Shown here piece by piece: positions 27,106 to 40,900 of a stretch of 64,000 nt of DNA. Numbering within the stretch: the stretch's first letter is position 1; every line of letters starts with the position of its first letter. The notes under the pieces were generated by a model. That model searched no databases. It had not been told where the DNA came from and saw only the letters and a program-made list of their open reading frames with translations. The position numbers were made by a program, and so were the translations under genes. Origin of the DNA: Lytechinus pictus (lineage: Eukaryota); the NCBI RefSeq assembly GCF_037042905.1, contig NC_087251.1, forward strand, positions 23,190,001 through 23,254,000. Direction: 5' to 3'.

Positions 27106-30100
27106 AACTCTTCGTTATTTTCTGTTTTTTGTGTTGTGAACCAAAGTTCAACAAAATCGTTATCTTTTACCAACACAGATGAACTTTCATGATCGTAAAG
27201 CAGAATGTTGAAAGTTTCATCAAAATCGGAAAACAAATAACGAAGTTATTGAATTTTGAAATTAGCAATATTAGCAATATTTAGTGAAAATAGTTATATG
27301 CACGTCATCATGAATATTCATTAGGTAGACTGATGATGTCACATCTCCTTTTTCCCTTTTCTTATGTTATTACATGAAATAATATTTTTTTCATACATGT
27401 GTGAATAATGTGTCTTCTTTATTATGAAATCAGTTGCAACAATGAATATCAAATGCACTAATTAAAACCAGTTGTAAATCCAATTTGGTCGGTTCTTGGT
27501 AGAAACAAAATTGAATAAACCTAATTTCATATAATAAAATACAAAAGAACAAAAGGGGATATGACATCATCAAGTTGCTCATTTAATATACATGAAGACA
27601 TGCCTAGAACTGTTTCACCGGAATAATGCAAATCTTTAAAATGCCATGCATAACTTTGTTATTCCGAGTCCGATTTGGATCAAATTTTCGGTGTTTGTCT
27701 GAGTTTTCTTTATCTGTTTAATTCATATTATTCTTAGCCCGGAGCATCCCTTTAAAAACCAGATTTGACGGTTATAGTGGAATAAAGATTATTAATTATG
27801 ATATTGGGTTAGAGACAAAGTCAGGGGTAGTTTTTTTTTTTGTGTGAGGGTGTGTGTGTGGGTGAGGGGGTGATTAGCATTTACGTCCAATGCCATTTCG
27901 TCCAATGACTATCGTCTAATTCCGTTTGATCCAATATCATTTCGTTCAATAGTCATTTCGTCCAATAGCAACGATGACCATTGCTTGGGTTCAAGTGCCT
28001 CTCTGTAGGCCTATGCCTTGTCCCCAAGTTTTACGAGACGTTTGATTCTGTGAGTCATCCAAGACAAAGGAAGCGAAGAAGGGAAAGTAATCACCATTGC
28101 ATGTTAGATACATTCAGAGCTCTGCTGTTTTTTATGTTATTTTGCCACCTTGTGTCGCATTGGCTTGTAGAAGATCATTGCGTTGTTCATGAACTTTGTT
28201 AGTTGCCACAGAGAAGGAGTTTATTAGCCTCGATACGTCTTTCGCCCGATCAGATTATTCTTGCAGCCAATATGTAGAATGAAGCCAAATAAGAGAATTT
28301 CCTATTTCCTACTTTTTCTGTGTACCCATACGAATAAAAATTGATTTTCCAGTATTAATGTTTGTTATGGATCACTTAAGGCCTGGTCCGACTGGCCGAC
28401 GGACACAAAACGTATTCATAAATTAAGGACACGGCGGACGATCAAAATTTCGGAGGTGGCTCCATCCGTTTTCACCCGCTCCAGAAAAGGACAAAATTTG
28501 CGAAAACAACGGAAAAGAACGGACGTGGGTAGTATGTAGCGCGGTTGTCAAACAGATGTTCATCGGGAACCTATAGCAGATGAAAGCGGGATGGAAGTGG
28601 ATGGCAGCTCCGAAGGGGTTACCGGGGTTTTTTAATAGGCCTACTTTATATACGAGATGCATACGCTTACATCCTTTCTATTTCCGCGCTCCTAACGATG
28701 TATAGACGTTCCATGTACCTTATCTTCCATCCCTCTTTCCGTTGCTAGTTTTATTAGCTGAACATAGAGAACATTATTCAAAATTTTCTTTATTTAATAG
28801 AATCATAAGAACGCCTTACGAACTGAGATCCTTATGCCGCTCCGTATCCGAATCTCTTGTTCGTATAAGCCGTTCTTACGAACACGCCGGTAAGAGTCTT
28901 CTATATACGAATAACTAAATGTGTTCTTGCGATCCTCGTAAGATTTTAAGGCTTCTTGAGTTGTCTCTTAGCCCTAAAAAATCTTGCGTGGATATAACGA
29001 TATTATTATGACGTTCTTAGGGTCGCCTGTCCTTACGAAGAGAGGGTTCCGTAACTTAAAAGATCTACGAACGGTATGCCAAAGGTCTGCGAACGCTGGA
29101 TTCGTACGGCATTCTTGAGAAGATCTTACGGAATGGTGTAAAACCTTTCGTACAGCGTTCGTTTTCATCCTTAATTGTATTTTTGAACGAGGCTTTAATC
29201 AATCCGTATATACAAGCATGTATTTTGTTCTGAATCTGTTTGTCACTGTTAAAACAAATTCACTTCCTATCTTCTAACAGGAAAATAAATGATTCTGATG
29301 TAACATGATCATATTTAAACGTATGGTAGTTATCTAATATCAATGACTTTTCTGCTGTCGTATTATTAGCATGTAGCATTACTTGAAACATCAACTCAAT
29401 TTATAGTCCCAATTATGGTACTAATTGGTTGGTTGAAAGGTGCTATCTTTTGTATAACATTAACTGATATTACTCATGACTGTATTGCGTATTACATAAA
29501 TTTTATATCAAAATTTATACCGTGGTGATAACTTTATTGTAATAATTCATTACAAAATACTTTCCCATGTTTTCATGGTCTAAATTTTTCGAACTCATAA
29601 TTCATCAATTGTGCAAATGTAAAAAGTTCTCGTTACTTTTGCACACACAATATCTTACTGATCCAATTGATACTACTAAAGTCACTTCTAATTCAAACTG
29701 GTTGTTTTAATTGTCATTCAACCGCTAGTTTTTTACACTTTTTAATGTGCTATATAACCAGATGTCAATCTATACCTGTCTATGCAATATGCATAATGCT
29801 TTTTTTTTGCACAAGGATAGTCTTTATCATGTATACTCAAGTTCTTCCAAATTTGCTTTCATTTCTTACCTAAACTTTGCAGCCTTACAACTTCCTGTTT
29901 CTACCTCCTCTGTTTTTCTTCCCTTAATTTCCTGTTCTATCTCTACTTCCCCTCCTTTTTCACTTTTGCTAAATCCTACCGTTCTTGCTCTCATTCCCAT
30001 TTCGTAGTTTAAGTTGATGGACATGACGTGTGTGTTTTAAATGAATTGCCTCTTTTAACATGCGTTTCTATACTTTGTTTCTTCAAATAATGCATGATAT

Positions 30101-33100
30101 ATTACGAACTAATTTATCTTGACAAGTTTGTTTAAAGAGATCGTATAACTATTTTGATTTATTAAGCATTGTGTAATTATGAATTTATTACAATGTTTGT
30201 ATTATTATACTTGTACAAGTTTCTGCAATTCAGCCTTTGGCTGCTAATTAATTTTTGAAGAAACAATTACTATTAGCCGTCAAGAGATTCATCAGATTGG
30301 TAAAACTCAAATAGAACAAATTTTCATCTTTCCACAATCAATTTTGTTTTTATCTTGTGAGCTTTTGCCTACTCGTTCTGCAGGCTTCTTCAGTCTAGAG
30401 CGCTGACTCGCCGTCGAGGGGTAGTATCTACAACGCGGCAGTCCGTATAATTACCATTAAACCAACTAACTTTATTATGTTGATAACGTTTTTAGGCATT
30501 GAGACTTTCATAAGGATGTATTTTCAGCGTTCAATTAGTCAGTTGTGCGCATGTCATGGTTGCCATAGACACACAATCTAATGTGTTTTGAATTCAGAAT
30601 TCTCCCGAGTACTCTTCTTCTTCATCATTATTCTTCGAGACTCTGAAGGATGATGACGTTTTACTTTGTAGAAAATATTCAAGTAAGGTAAGATTTCACA
30701 TTTCAGATAAGTTATTTTTGCCTAATCCTATAGTAGAAATGAATACAACTTTTTATACGTAGACCTTGTATTTCGGGGTTCTGACCTGTTTGTGAGTTCG
30801 TGCATGTCTATAAGTGTATAAAAATGAATTCAATGCAGATGAATATTTCAACCTGATAGTTCGTCTTTGTTTGGTTGTTATATTTTGCAAAGTGATCAAT
30901 TATTTTTTTATCTTTACATAATATGTGATGTTGAATTGGTCAGGGTCGATTTTGACAAGTGTCACATCACTAAAGGCTGTGAACTTTTTTCCCCCTAAAA
31001 TCATTATTTTTAAAAGGTCCATGGTCTATTTGGGTTAGAGGTCGGAAGTCACGAATCGTGCACACTGGATATTGTCCAACTGTGCTTTGATCCAAGTGTT
31101 TATAGCTTTCATGGCGTAAGAAATTGTTGGGGAGGGGAGGGGGGGGGGGCTGCCTCCATCAAAATAAAGAGTGCACATTTTTTCGCTCTTTTTTATCCAT
31201 CAAGTTCATTAATTAAAAAACATAGTGTGTTACATAAAGTACTTGTTTTGTAACAAAATATAGAAGGAAAAAAATCACATTTTTAAAATCATGTTAGAAA
31301 AAATAATTATGAACATTTTACATCTTCCATTCTGCACCAAGTATCAATGACCAACAAAATTATGGAGATATAGATAACATTTTTTTTACTTACTTACTTC
31401 TTTATTCAGCAGAGAAATATTTAAGACTGGAATGGTATTTTTGCTTTCAATAGTGCAATGTTTGTATATGAAGCAATTGATGGATGTCAGACTGGAAAGC
31501 AAGGTTGACAATTTCCATGAAAATATCAATATTTTCTACACAGGTATAAGGGCCTACCTGTAAGTCTTGGAAAGAATGGAAATTATTGAAAATCCTATTG
31601 CCAGTAAATGGGCAGTATAGAAGTTTATACCTAAAATAATCGAATCTAAATCTAAATAGAGACAATGATTGAATGTAATTTGATGTATTTCATTTTTTAT
31701 GACAAGGACACTCAATTTGGAGGCTTAGGGTTTGACATAATAATCACCCTTGACTTTTATTTTTGAAGAAATCTCTAATTTTACTTCTGATAGTACTTCA
31801 AATTTCATATTGTTTCACCTTGATGATAGACGTTGTTTTGTACTACGAAATATTACTCAACTTAAAAAAGGCGGCATATTTCCTGTGCTATTGTGTCTGC
31901 TCTCAAGTCTTTGTGGTACGTTTCCACTTGTAGATATTTGAAGAGTTTTATTGCAAAACGAGTAAAATGCACGTAAGTCGTTTTTTATTCACCACTTTCC
32001 CTAATCCGCTGCTATTTTAGTGTCATATATGTAATATATATTTATAATTAGCGGTATATGTATCATAATATGCATATACATATTATATTATGAAAAAAAA
32101 ATGAAAATTTCATTTCCTTTGAATTAGCTCTTTTTGGAATAAAACGTTAATCGAATGTCAATTTTTGCACATTTAAACATATTTAACAATGAAAATATTA
32201 ATCGAAACACATTGGTATTGCTAGTGGAGTACAGTTTAATTTTTTCTGATGTTTATCCATGTGGAATTCAAATCAGGAAAAATTTCGGAAATTCTTGTTA
32301 TCTTGCCTAAAGAGATAGATTTTTACATTTTATTTCAAAAGGAGCTAAAAACTTCAAATATCTATTATAGTAAAAGCATTTTGATCAAAATTTGCACTGG
32401 TAATGTAAACTCGTAGGCACAACTTGCACTTAAAAAATTTAATACATAAATATATGTAATATGGTTATATTAATAAATCCTCTATGACCATCGCGGATTG
32501 AGCTCCTATGGGCTTCCTCTTAGAATTAGTTCATTTTGGAATAAAACGTAACGTTTAATCAATCTTTGCCAATCCTCCAAACAATCTCTTTCTAAAGCGA
32601 TATGGTGCATTTGGTTCATTTATCTAAAAATATAAATTTTGGTCAAAAGTGGATTTAGCCCCTTTTGGAACTAAGTTCTTCATTTACTTGTTATCTTCTT
32701 TATTCTTTGTACTAGAGAAGGAAAATTAGCTTCTATGCTTAAGTACCATCTGTGGCAATTGTAAGTGAGGGGTTTACAGGAAATTTCGTCACCCTCGACT
32801 CAGATTCAATTCAACACAAACAAAGATAATTGCATATTTTGAACAGACAGAAGATTTAGAGTGTCATCGACTTTTAAGAATGGCGAGACAATTTAGCTCT
32901 CCATGTTGTAATATAACGAACGCCAAATCGACTTTGCGAGATAAATCTTAAGTCAATGGCTAGTTGAGGCCTCTGGAGATACTAGATGAAAATAATCCAA
33001 TCCTCATTTTCATTGTTTTAGTCTTTCATGAATATAAGATTTTTGCGAAGACATGGATGAAGAATACTGGACCTTTCATTTTCATTTCATTTATTTAACC

Positions 33101-33741
33101 ATTGAAAATCAACAAAGTTCATGAACATCGTAAAAATAAATACACTATCCATTGACATAAACAAAATAACAATTTAAAAATGGTCAGGACCCAAAAGAAG
33201 CTAAGCCTGTTTATATGCTGAGCCCTACAAAAAAATGCATATGCATTTAAATATTAAGTTAGAATATAGGGCATACATACATACATACAGTCACACACCC
33301 GTATATACACCCATAAACCCACCCACGGACATACCCATCGGATCCCAATACACACATACATATAGCTCGAGATCCTAGAGGTAATAAGAAAGGGAGTGAT
33401 ACATGTAAAAAGGAGACCTTAGAAGATGAATGAAATAACCTTCTTAGCCATGGACAACGTTTTATTTAATTTAACTTTCAAATGCAGATACTTAAATCTA
33501 CTTATATTATTGTAGTACTGGATCTTGTATCGCAGTTAAACTGTTCCAATCACGTACCCCCAGCAAAAGATAAAGAAATATAGAGCAATGTTGACTGACA
33601 AGAGGAATGTGCAAGTTTTTGCTTTAAGCCCCTTTCGCAATTGGTGGTGCGACAGCTTACAACCGTTGCGATTGTGTGCTACATATATTGTGACCAAATG
33701 ACCGCAAACGATCGTACAAGCAATTGTGAAAGCCCCTTTAA

Positions 33742-34169
33742 AGGGATGGTCCGGGCTGAAAATATTTATATCTTAATACATAGAGTAGAATTCACTGAGA
33801 AAAATGCCGAAAATTTCATCAAAATCGGATAACAAATTATAAAATGTCTCCCTTATAATTAAATAAGTTGCAGCAATAAATATCTAATGCACTAAATCAG
33901 TTGTGGATCCAATTTTTCTAGTTCTTGGAGGAAAAAAATTGAATAAACCTAATTTCATTTAATAAGATACCAAAGAACAAGTGGGGATGTTACATCATCA
34001 ACCCACCTAATGAATATTCATGACGGCTGTTTTCACAAAATATTGCTAAACTTTAGAATTCAATAACTTTGTTATTTGTTATCCGATTTTGATGAAATTT
34101 TCGGCATTTTGCTCAGTGAATTCTACTCTATTTATTAAGCTGTAAATACTTTCAGCCTGGACCATCCCT
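33742..34169. mobile_element. TTAA-type MITE, same family as 25298-27751
   Basis: ttaa|agggatggtccgggctgaaa ... ttcagcctggaccatccct|ttca; ~95-bp imperfect IR. Confidence 0.75.
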
Positions 34170-34927
34170 TTCATGACTTGAATAATTATGAACTGCAGAA
34201 TTCGTTTGGAACAAATTAATGAAAAAACGGGCGTTGAAAAAGATGTTTGTGAAATTTGAACATGAATGTGGATGTATTTAAATTTATCTCGTAAGTTACA
34301 GGAATAATTTTCAGTTCTAAAAACAGTGGTAAACTTGAGGATAAATGATGGCTGTTTAGAATTAACCGAGCTATACATTTATGTAAATTATAAATATATT
34401 GTCTAATTTTGTTTTGTAGGTATTCCCCCAAATAGCATTGCAATAATTTAAATGGGGAAAATTGTTGAATTATAAATTTTCATCAAGATGTTCCTTGGGA
34501 GAATATAATGTTAGCTTATACAAGACACCATACGGGATATTTTATAACAGAAGTAATCAATATGACGTTTCCAATCAAGACATCCCCGAAGTAAATTCCT
34601 AAGCAAAATCTGATTGGTGAGGTTGAAAATATGTTTACTGACGGTCCATCGAATTGGGTTCGTCCTAACCACTAAAATCAGGGTACTAATGGATAATTCG
34701 TTTTTCATTCCTGATTTTCGTAGAGCAAAACGGAAGTCAACCTCATGGATTGGTCTTTGAAAACACAAAAACGAAATCACAACGAGAAAAACCCCGTTGT
34801 GATTTCATTTTTGGAGATCAAAAACAGAAGAATGAAATCAGAAATACTTTTGGTCCTCTCTGATACCTCATTCTATACCTGTGTTTGTTATATATTAAAA
34901 ACAAAATCAGAACACGCTTTCTACCCC

Positions 34928-37900
34928 TAGTAGAGCGGATTAGCTCCAAAAATCACAACAATTGTGCAAATTTTGACTAAAGCATGAAACTTTCACAAGT
35001 ATTAGTATATGCCGTAAGATTTATTTTAAAGATGGGAGGTAAATTTTTAAATGCCATTTTCGGCCGTTGCCATGGCAACGGATTAATTTCTCCAAAACAA
35101 CATACATTCTCATGTAAATGGTAAATAAACATGATATAGATGACCAAAATGATAATTTTTAGGCTCCCGATTGAATACATATGAAATTTAGAAATATTCA
35201 AGATCATCAAGATGGTTCCAATTGGTCCGTTGCCATGGCAACGGCTTGTTTTTCCCCAGAAAAATAAAAATATTTGTTTGAAAAACCTTGTAGAATATGA
35301 TTTATCTTTAATTTCCCCTAATTTTACAGTGCTTAACAAAGATATTTTGGTTGCTAAATGTGTAAATTACATCTCAAGCCATTGCCATGGCAACCAAATA
35401 TAATCTAGTTTACAAAAAAAAACATGGTTGACAAGACAATGGACAGGTGGAAAATACAATTGGAATTGACTTTAATCTGTATGCTTAAGTTTTGACCTCC
35501 TCATTTGAACAAAATATACAAAAAGTGTTCTGCAGGAGTTCTTTATAAAGATAAAGAATTATGTTCCCTTGGTTATGCTTGAATTAAATTTATAAAGGAA
35601 CAATTTTACAAAGGGCCTGTTGCCATGGCAACAGCTTATTTCTCTCTAGAAAGGTAAAAATATCGATAAAAATGTAGAATACATGTACGGTATGATCATC
35701 ATTCCATTTTCCCAAATTTAAAGGTACTAATCGAGATATGTTTGTGACTAAATTTATAAATATAACATCTTAAGCCATTGCCATGGCAACCAAATAACAT
35801 CTAATTTTTTTTTTAAAGTGGATGATAAGGTTCACAACAGGTGAAAAATACAATGAATATTAACTTAATGTACATGCGTAAGGTTTGACCTACTCAACTA
35901 ATTTAGGGGAAAATGATACAGTCAGTGTTCTGCATGAACTAATTAAAATGATAAACATTGATGTTGCCTTGGTAATATTTGAATTCAACGATAAATATCA
36001 ATGTTCCAAATGGCCTGTTGCCATAGCAACGGATCATTTACTCAAGAACAGTACCAGTTTTGATTTAAAAAAAGGACTGTATAATCTGATTTTCCTTAAT
36101 TTTAGGATTAGAATAGATATGTTTGCTGTTAACATGCAAATAATATCTAAATCCATTGTCATGGCAACCAAATAACATCTGATTTGAAAAAAAAATATAA
36201 CATGGTTGACATGATAATGGACAGGTGGAAAATGCAATTTATAACAATTAACTCAAGGTTTGACCCAGTCATTTAATTTTGAACAAAGATTACAGTGTTT
36301 CGCATTAGTTCATTAGAATGATGAAATTTGAGATTGCCTTGGTAATGCTTGAATTTAATGATAAATATCAATGTTGCATATGGGCCGTTGCCATGGCAAC
36401 AACTCTTTTTTTCCCCAAGAAAAGCACCAAATTTGATCGAAAAACAGTTTAGAATCTGCATTTTGTCATAAATTTCCCCTAATTATAGGGTGCAAAGCAT
36501 AGATATGTTTGCTGTTGATGTACAAATAACTTAGGCCATTGCCATCAATGCCATGACAACCAAATAACATCTAATTTAGTGGCTTAATTTTGTTTCTATT
36601 CAATGGTTTTCAGGGTGAAGTAGTACATTGGGACTAGTTACAAGGACAGCCAGTGGTCTGACGTGTCCAAAACCCTAAGACGGCTTCCAAAAATGGAGTT
36701 TTAAATGGCTGTTGATATATAAATGGACATAGCTCATTTCATACATGTATCCGTCTGAGATATATGATTTTGGTGTCTAGACCATGGTTTCAATGGTCAA
36801 ATAATACACTATGACAAGTTGAACGGACAGTCAGTTGTCCAGTATATAAAAAATCCAAGATGACTTCCAAGAATGGAGTCTAAAATTGCTGTTGCTGCAT
36901 TGAAAAACGTAGTTTGTTTGATATCCCGGAATATGTTTATGTCATGGTTGAATGGGTCAAATAATACATTAGGACAAGTTACAAGGACAGTCAGTGGTCA
37001 AGTATGTCCAAAAATCCAAGGTGGCTTCCAAAAATGGAAAAGCTCCTGTTACTAACAAATGGACATATTTCGTGTAATATATGCCAAAGGCATATTATTT
37101 TGATATCTAAACCATGGTTTGAAAAGTCAGTAAATACATCATGTACATTGGAACAAGTTACAAGGACAGTCAGTAATCCAGTATGTCTAAACATCCAAGA
37201 TGGCTTCCAACAATTGGAGTCTAATCGGAGTCTGTTACTTTAAAATTGACATAGTTCATTTAAAATCCACCAAGTAAAAATATTTTGGTGTTCACACTTT
37301 GGTTTCAAGGTTTAAAAAATATGTTTAGACTGGTTACAATGATATCCAGTTGTCCATTTTTTCTAAAAAAATCCAAGAGGGTTTTCAAATTGGCGTCTAA
37401 AATGACTTCTATCACTCAGAAATTATCTGAGTTCATACAACATCAACCTGTGAGAAATATTTTTGGTGTCTACACTGTGGTATGAAGGGTCAACTATTAC
37501 ATTAGGACAAGTAACAAGGATGATTAGTTATCAATTTTGTCCGAAATCCAAGGTAGATTCTAAAATTACATCAAAATGGGTGCTGTTGCCAACTCATACC
37601 TGCTTGCATTTTGAATGTAGACACCAACATTATTTCTCACAAGTGGATATTACATCCACTTCAAAGTAACAGTCGTCATTTTAGAATCCATTTAAGGAAG
37701 CCATCTTGGATTTTCAGGCAAAATGGGCAATTGTAACCAGTCCCAAAGTATATTTTGATCCTTGAAACCCTAGTGTAGACACCAAAATAACATCCCCAGG
37801 TGTATTTTTGATGTACTATGTCCAATTTTAAGTAACATTAAAACCCCCATTTTTTAAGCCATCTTTGATTTTTTTTACACAATAATGACACCTGACTGTC

Positions 37901-40900
37901 GTTTCAACTTGACCAAATGTACAGTATTACTTGACCCTTTTAATACTAGTTTAGACACCAAAATCATATCCCCAATGTATATTATTAATGAACTATATTA
38001 TGTCCATATTGAAGTACCAACAGTCAATTTAGACCCCATTTTGAAGGCCATCTTGGATTTTTTAACATACCAGTCCACTGACTGTCCTCATAACTTGTTC
38101 TAATGCATTAAACCATGGTTTTATGATTATGGTTTAGACATCAAAATCATATTCCCCAGACAGATATTGAACAAACTATGCCCTAATTTATTATTTGACT
38201 CTTGAAAATATGGTTTAGACACCAGAATCACATCTCACAGGCGGATATAGAATGAACTATGCCAATTTTTAAGTAACAACAGTCAATTTTAGACCCCATT
38301 TTTGGAAGCCATCTTGGAATTTTGGACATACTAGACCACCGACTGTCCGTGTAAGTTTTTCTTAATGTATTATTGGCCTTTGAAATCATAGTTTAGACAC
38401 CAAAATCATATCTCACAGGTGAATATAAAATGAGCTATTCCACTTTTAAGTATCAGCAGCCATTTTATAATTATTGCCCTTTGAAATCATAGTTTAGACA
38501 CCAAAATCATATCTCACAGGTGAATATAAAATGAGCTATTCCACTTTTAAGTATCAGCAGCCATTTTATAATTATTTTCGGACATACCTGTCTGTCGTTG
38601 TAACTTGTCCTAATATTATTAGACTCTTGAAACCAATGATTTAGAGTCAAAATCACTTCCCCAGGGCCAATATGAAATGAGCTACGTCCACTTAAGGTAT
38701 CAGCAACCATTTTAGATTCAATTTTTTGAAGCCATCTTATGTTTTTGGACATTCCAGTCCACTGGCTGTCCCTGTAACTTGGCCCTATGTACTATTTGAT
38801 CCTTAATAACCAATGAATAAAAAACAAATTAAAGCCATTTTATGAAGTAATGGATGAGTTGTGGATTTTAGCATACGGCAGCCAGTGAGGGCACCATCTT
38901 GGATTTTCCTGTTACCCTGGAGTACTTAATTTTTCTTTTCAACCTTTCAACCAGTATAAAGGGTATTTAAATTTTTTAAATATTTTAATAAGTCTACTTG
39001 TCATGTAAAATTAGCAGTGAATAGATCATACTTCATGTTGATTCCATTCATATTCATGTTAATCTAAAAATTATCACAGCATTTCAAAATCTTCTTCGTC
39101 AAAATCAGTAGCGTAATTTGGAGGGGTCCAGATATGATGTATCGAGTGAAATGTATTTTTAAAAGTTGTCAGCTAGCCCAGCGAGGAGTAAAACCTTCGA
39201 AATTTTTCATTTTTTTTTACAAAAATAAAATTTTGGGTATAGTATTCGGAAAATAATCATATTTTATCCATCTCTCTTTCACTTTCTCTTTATTTTTTTC
39301 TTGGTAATGATTTTTTTGGGGTGGAGTGGGATTGCAGAATTCCCGGGAATTTTCTTGATGGAATCTTTTCATGGGTATAAACGGGAATTTTGTGGGAATT
39401 TTCAAGAAATGATGGGAATTTACAAAAAGTAACAATTTTCTATGCAGAAATTAACATGCATACCCTAGCAGATGATACTTGATGATTCTTTGCCTTCAAA
39501 TTTCAAGCCAGGTATTATGCTAAAACAGTCAGACAAAGCAAAATTTTAATGATTTCCATGTAAAAGTTGATTTACTGTATTTACTTTGATTAGGAGCTCA
39601 AGACCATGTCAACTCCTCAAATAGACTTAAGATTTTGATTTATCAACGCCTATAATCCCCTAATATATTGATATGATGAACGGCCTTAAAGCACAAATCA
39701 CACCAAGACGCTTTCTTCAAAATGGCAGCCTGCGAATACTTTGAACGAAATTGACCAGCGTCGAAATTAGAGTTTCGGGAATTTATTTGAGCCAAAAAAA
39801 GTCTGATATGATTTTTGTAGGTCTTATTTCGATGCCATGTATAATGAAATAAATTGGTGCTTATCATTTAGCATATTTATGTTCAGCACCCTCAAATAAG
39901 GGAAAAGGAAATAAAAATAAACATATTATTTTCATAAAAATTGGTACTTTTAAGGGACCATTGGCAACATTGATATTTATCATTATGTTCAAGCATTACC
40001 AAATCAACATATCGTAATGAAATCATGCATAACACTTAATGTGATTTTAAAATTAAAAGAGTAGGTCAAACCTTACACATATTAAGTTAATTTTATTGTA
40101 TTTTCCACCTGTCCATTATCTTGTCAGCCATGTTATTTTTTTGGAAAATTAAATGTTATTTTATTGCCATGGTAATGCCTTAAGATGTTATTTATACTTT
40201 TAACAACAGAGATGTACGTGTATGTTTGGCACCCTAAACTTAGTAGAATTGAATGAAAAATAAGATTCTACAAGGCATTTTTTAATCAAAGATGGTATTT
40301 TAGGGGGAATAAAATGACCCGTTGTCATGGGAACAGAACACACATTTGCAAACATTAATATTAAATTCAAGCATTACCAAGGCAACTGTCAGTTTTTATC
40401 ATGCTAATGAACTCATGCGGAACACTGTATTTTTTGTTCAAAACTTAATGACTGGTCAAACCTTATGTAGATTAAGTAAATCTTTACTTTACATTCCACC
40501 TGTCCATTATCATTTCAACTGTGTTAGTTTGTTTTAAAAATTATATCTTAAGTGGTTGCCATGGCAATGGCTGAAGATGTTATTTATTTATTAACAGCAA
40601 GCATATATATGCTTAGCTCCCTAAAATTGGGGCAAATGAAATAAAAATCAGATTTTACAATTTTGTGTTTTTCAAAGATGATACTTTTCTGGGGGGAATT
40701 GAGCTGTTGCCATGGCAACGGTACATTTGAAACACTAATATTTATCATTAAATTCAAGTATTACCAAGGCAACATCATTTTATTATTCGAATGAACTCAG
40801 AATACAGAACTCTTACTGAAATTTTTGTTCAAAAATTAAATGACTGGCCAAACCTTTCGCATATTGAGTTATTTGTAATTGTATTTTACACCTGTCCATA

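Larger units (their letters stand above)
25365..27196 (+). mobile_element. 5'-truncated Penelope-like retroelement with inverted pseudo-LTR
   Basis: 13-bp TSD aaagcagaatgtt (25352-25364, 27197-27209); 25365-25528 is the reverse complement of 26998-27161; RT + GIY-YIG ORF. Confidence 0.93.
25298..27751. mobile_element. TTAA-flanked MITE (Kolobok-like termini) interrupted by the Penelope insertion
   Basis: ttaa|agggatgctccg ... cggagcatccct|ttaa; related copy at 33742-34169. Confidence 0.8.
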
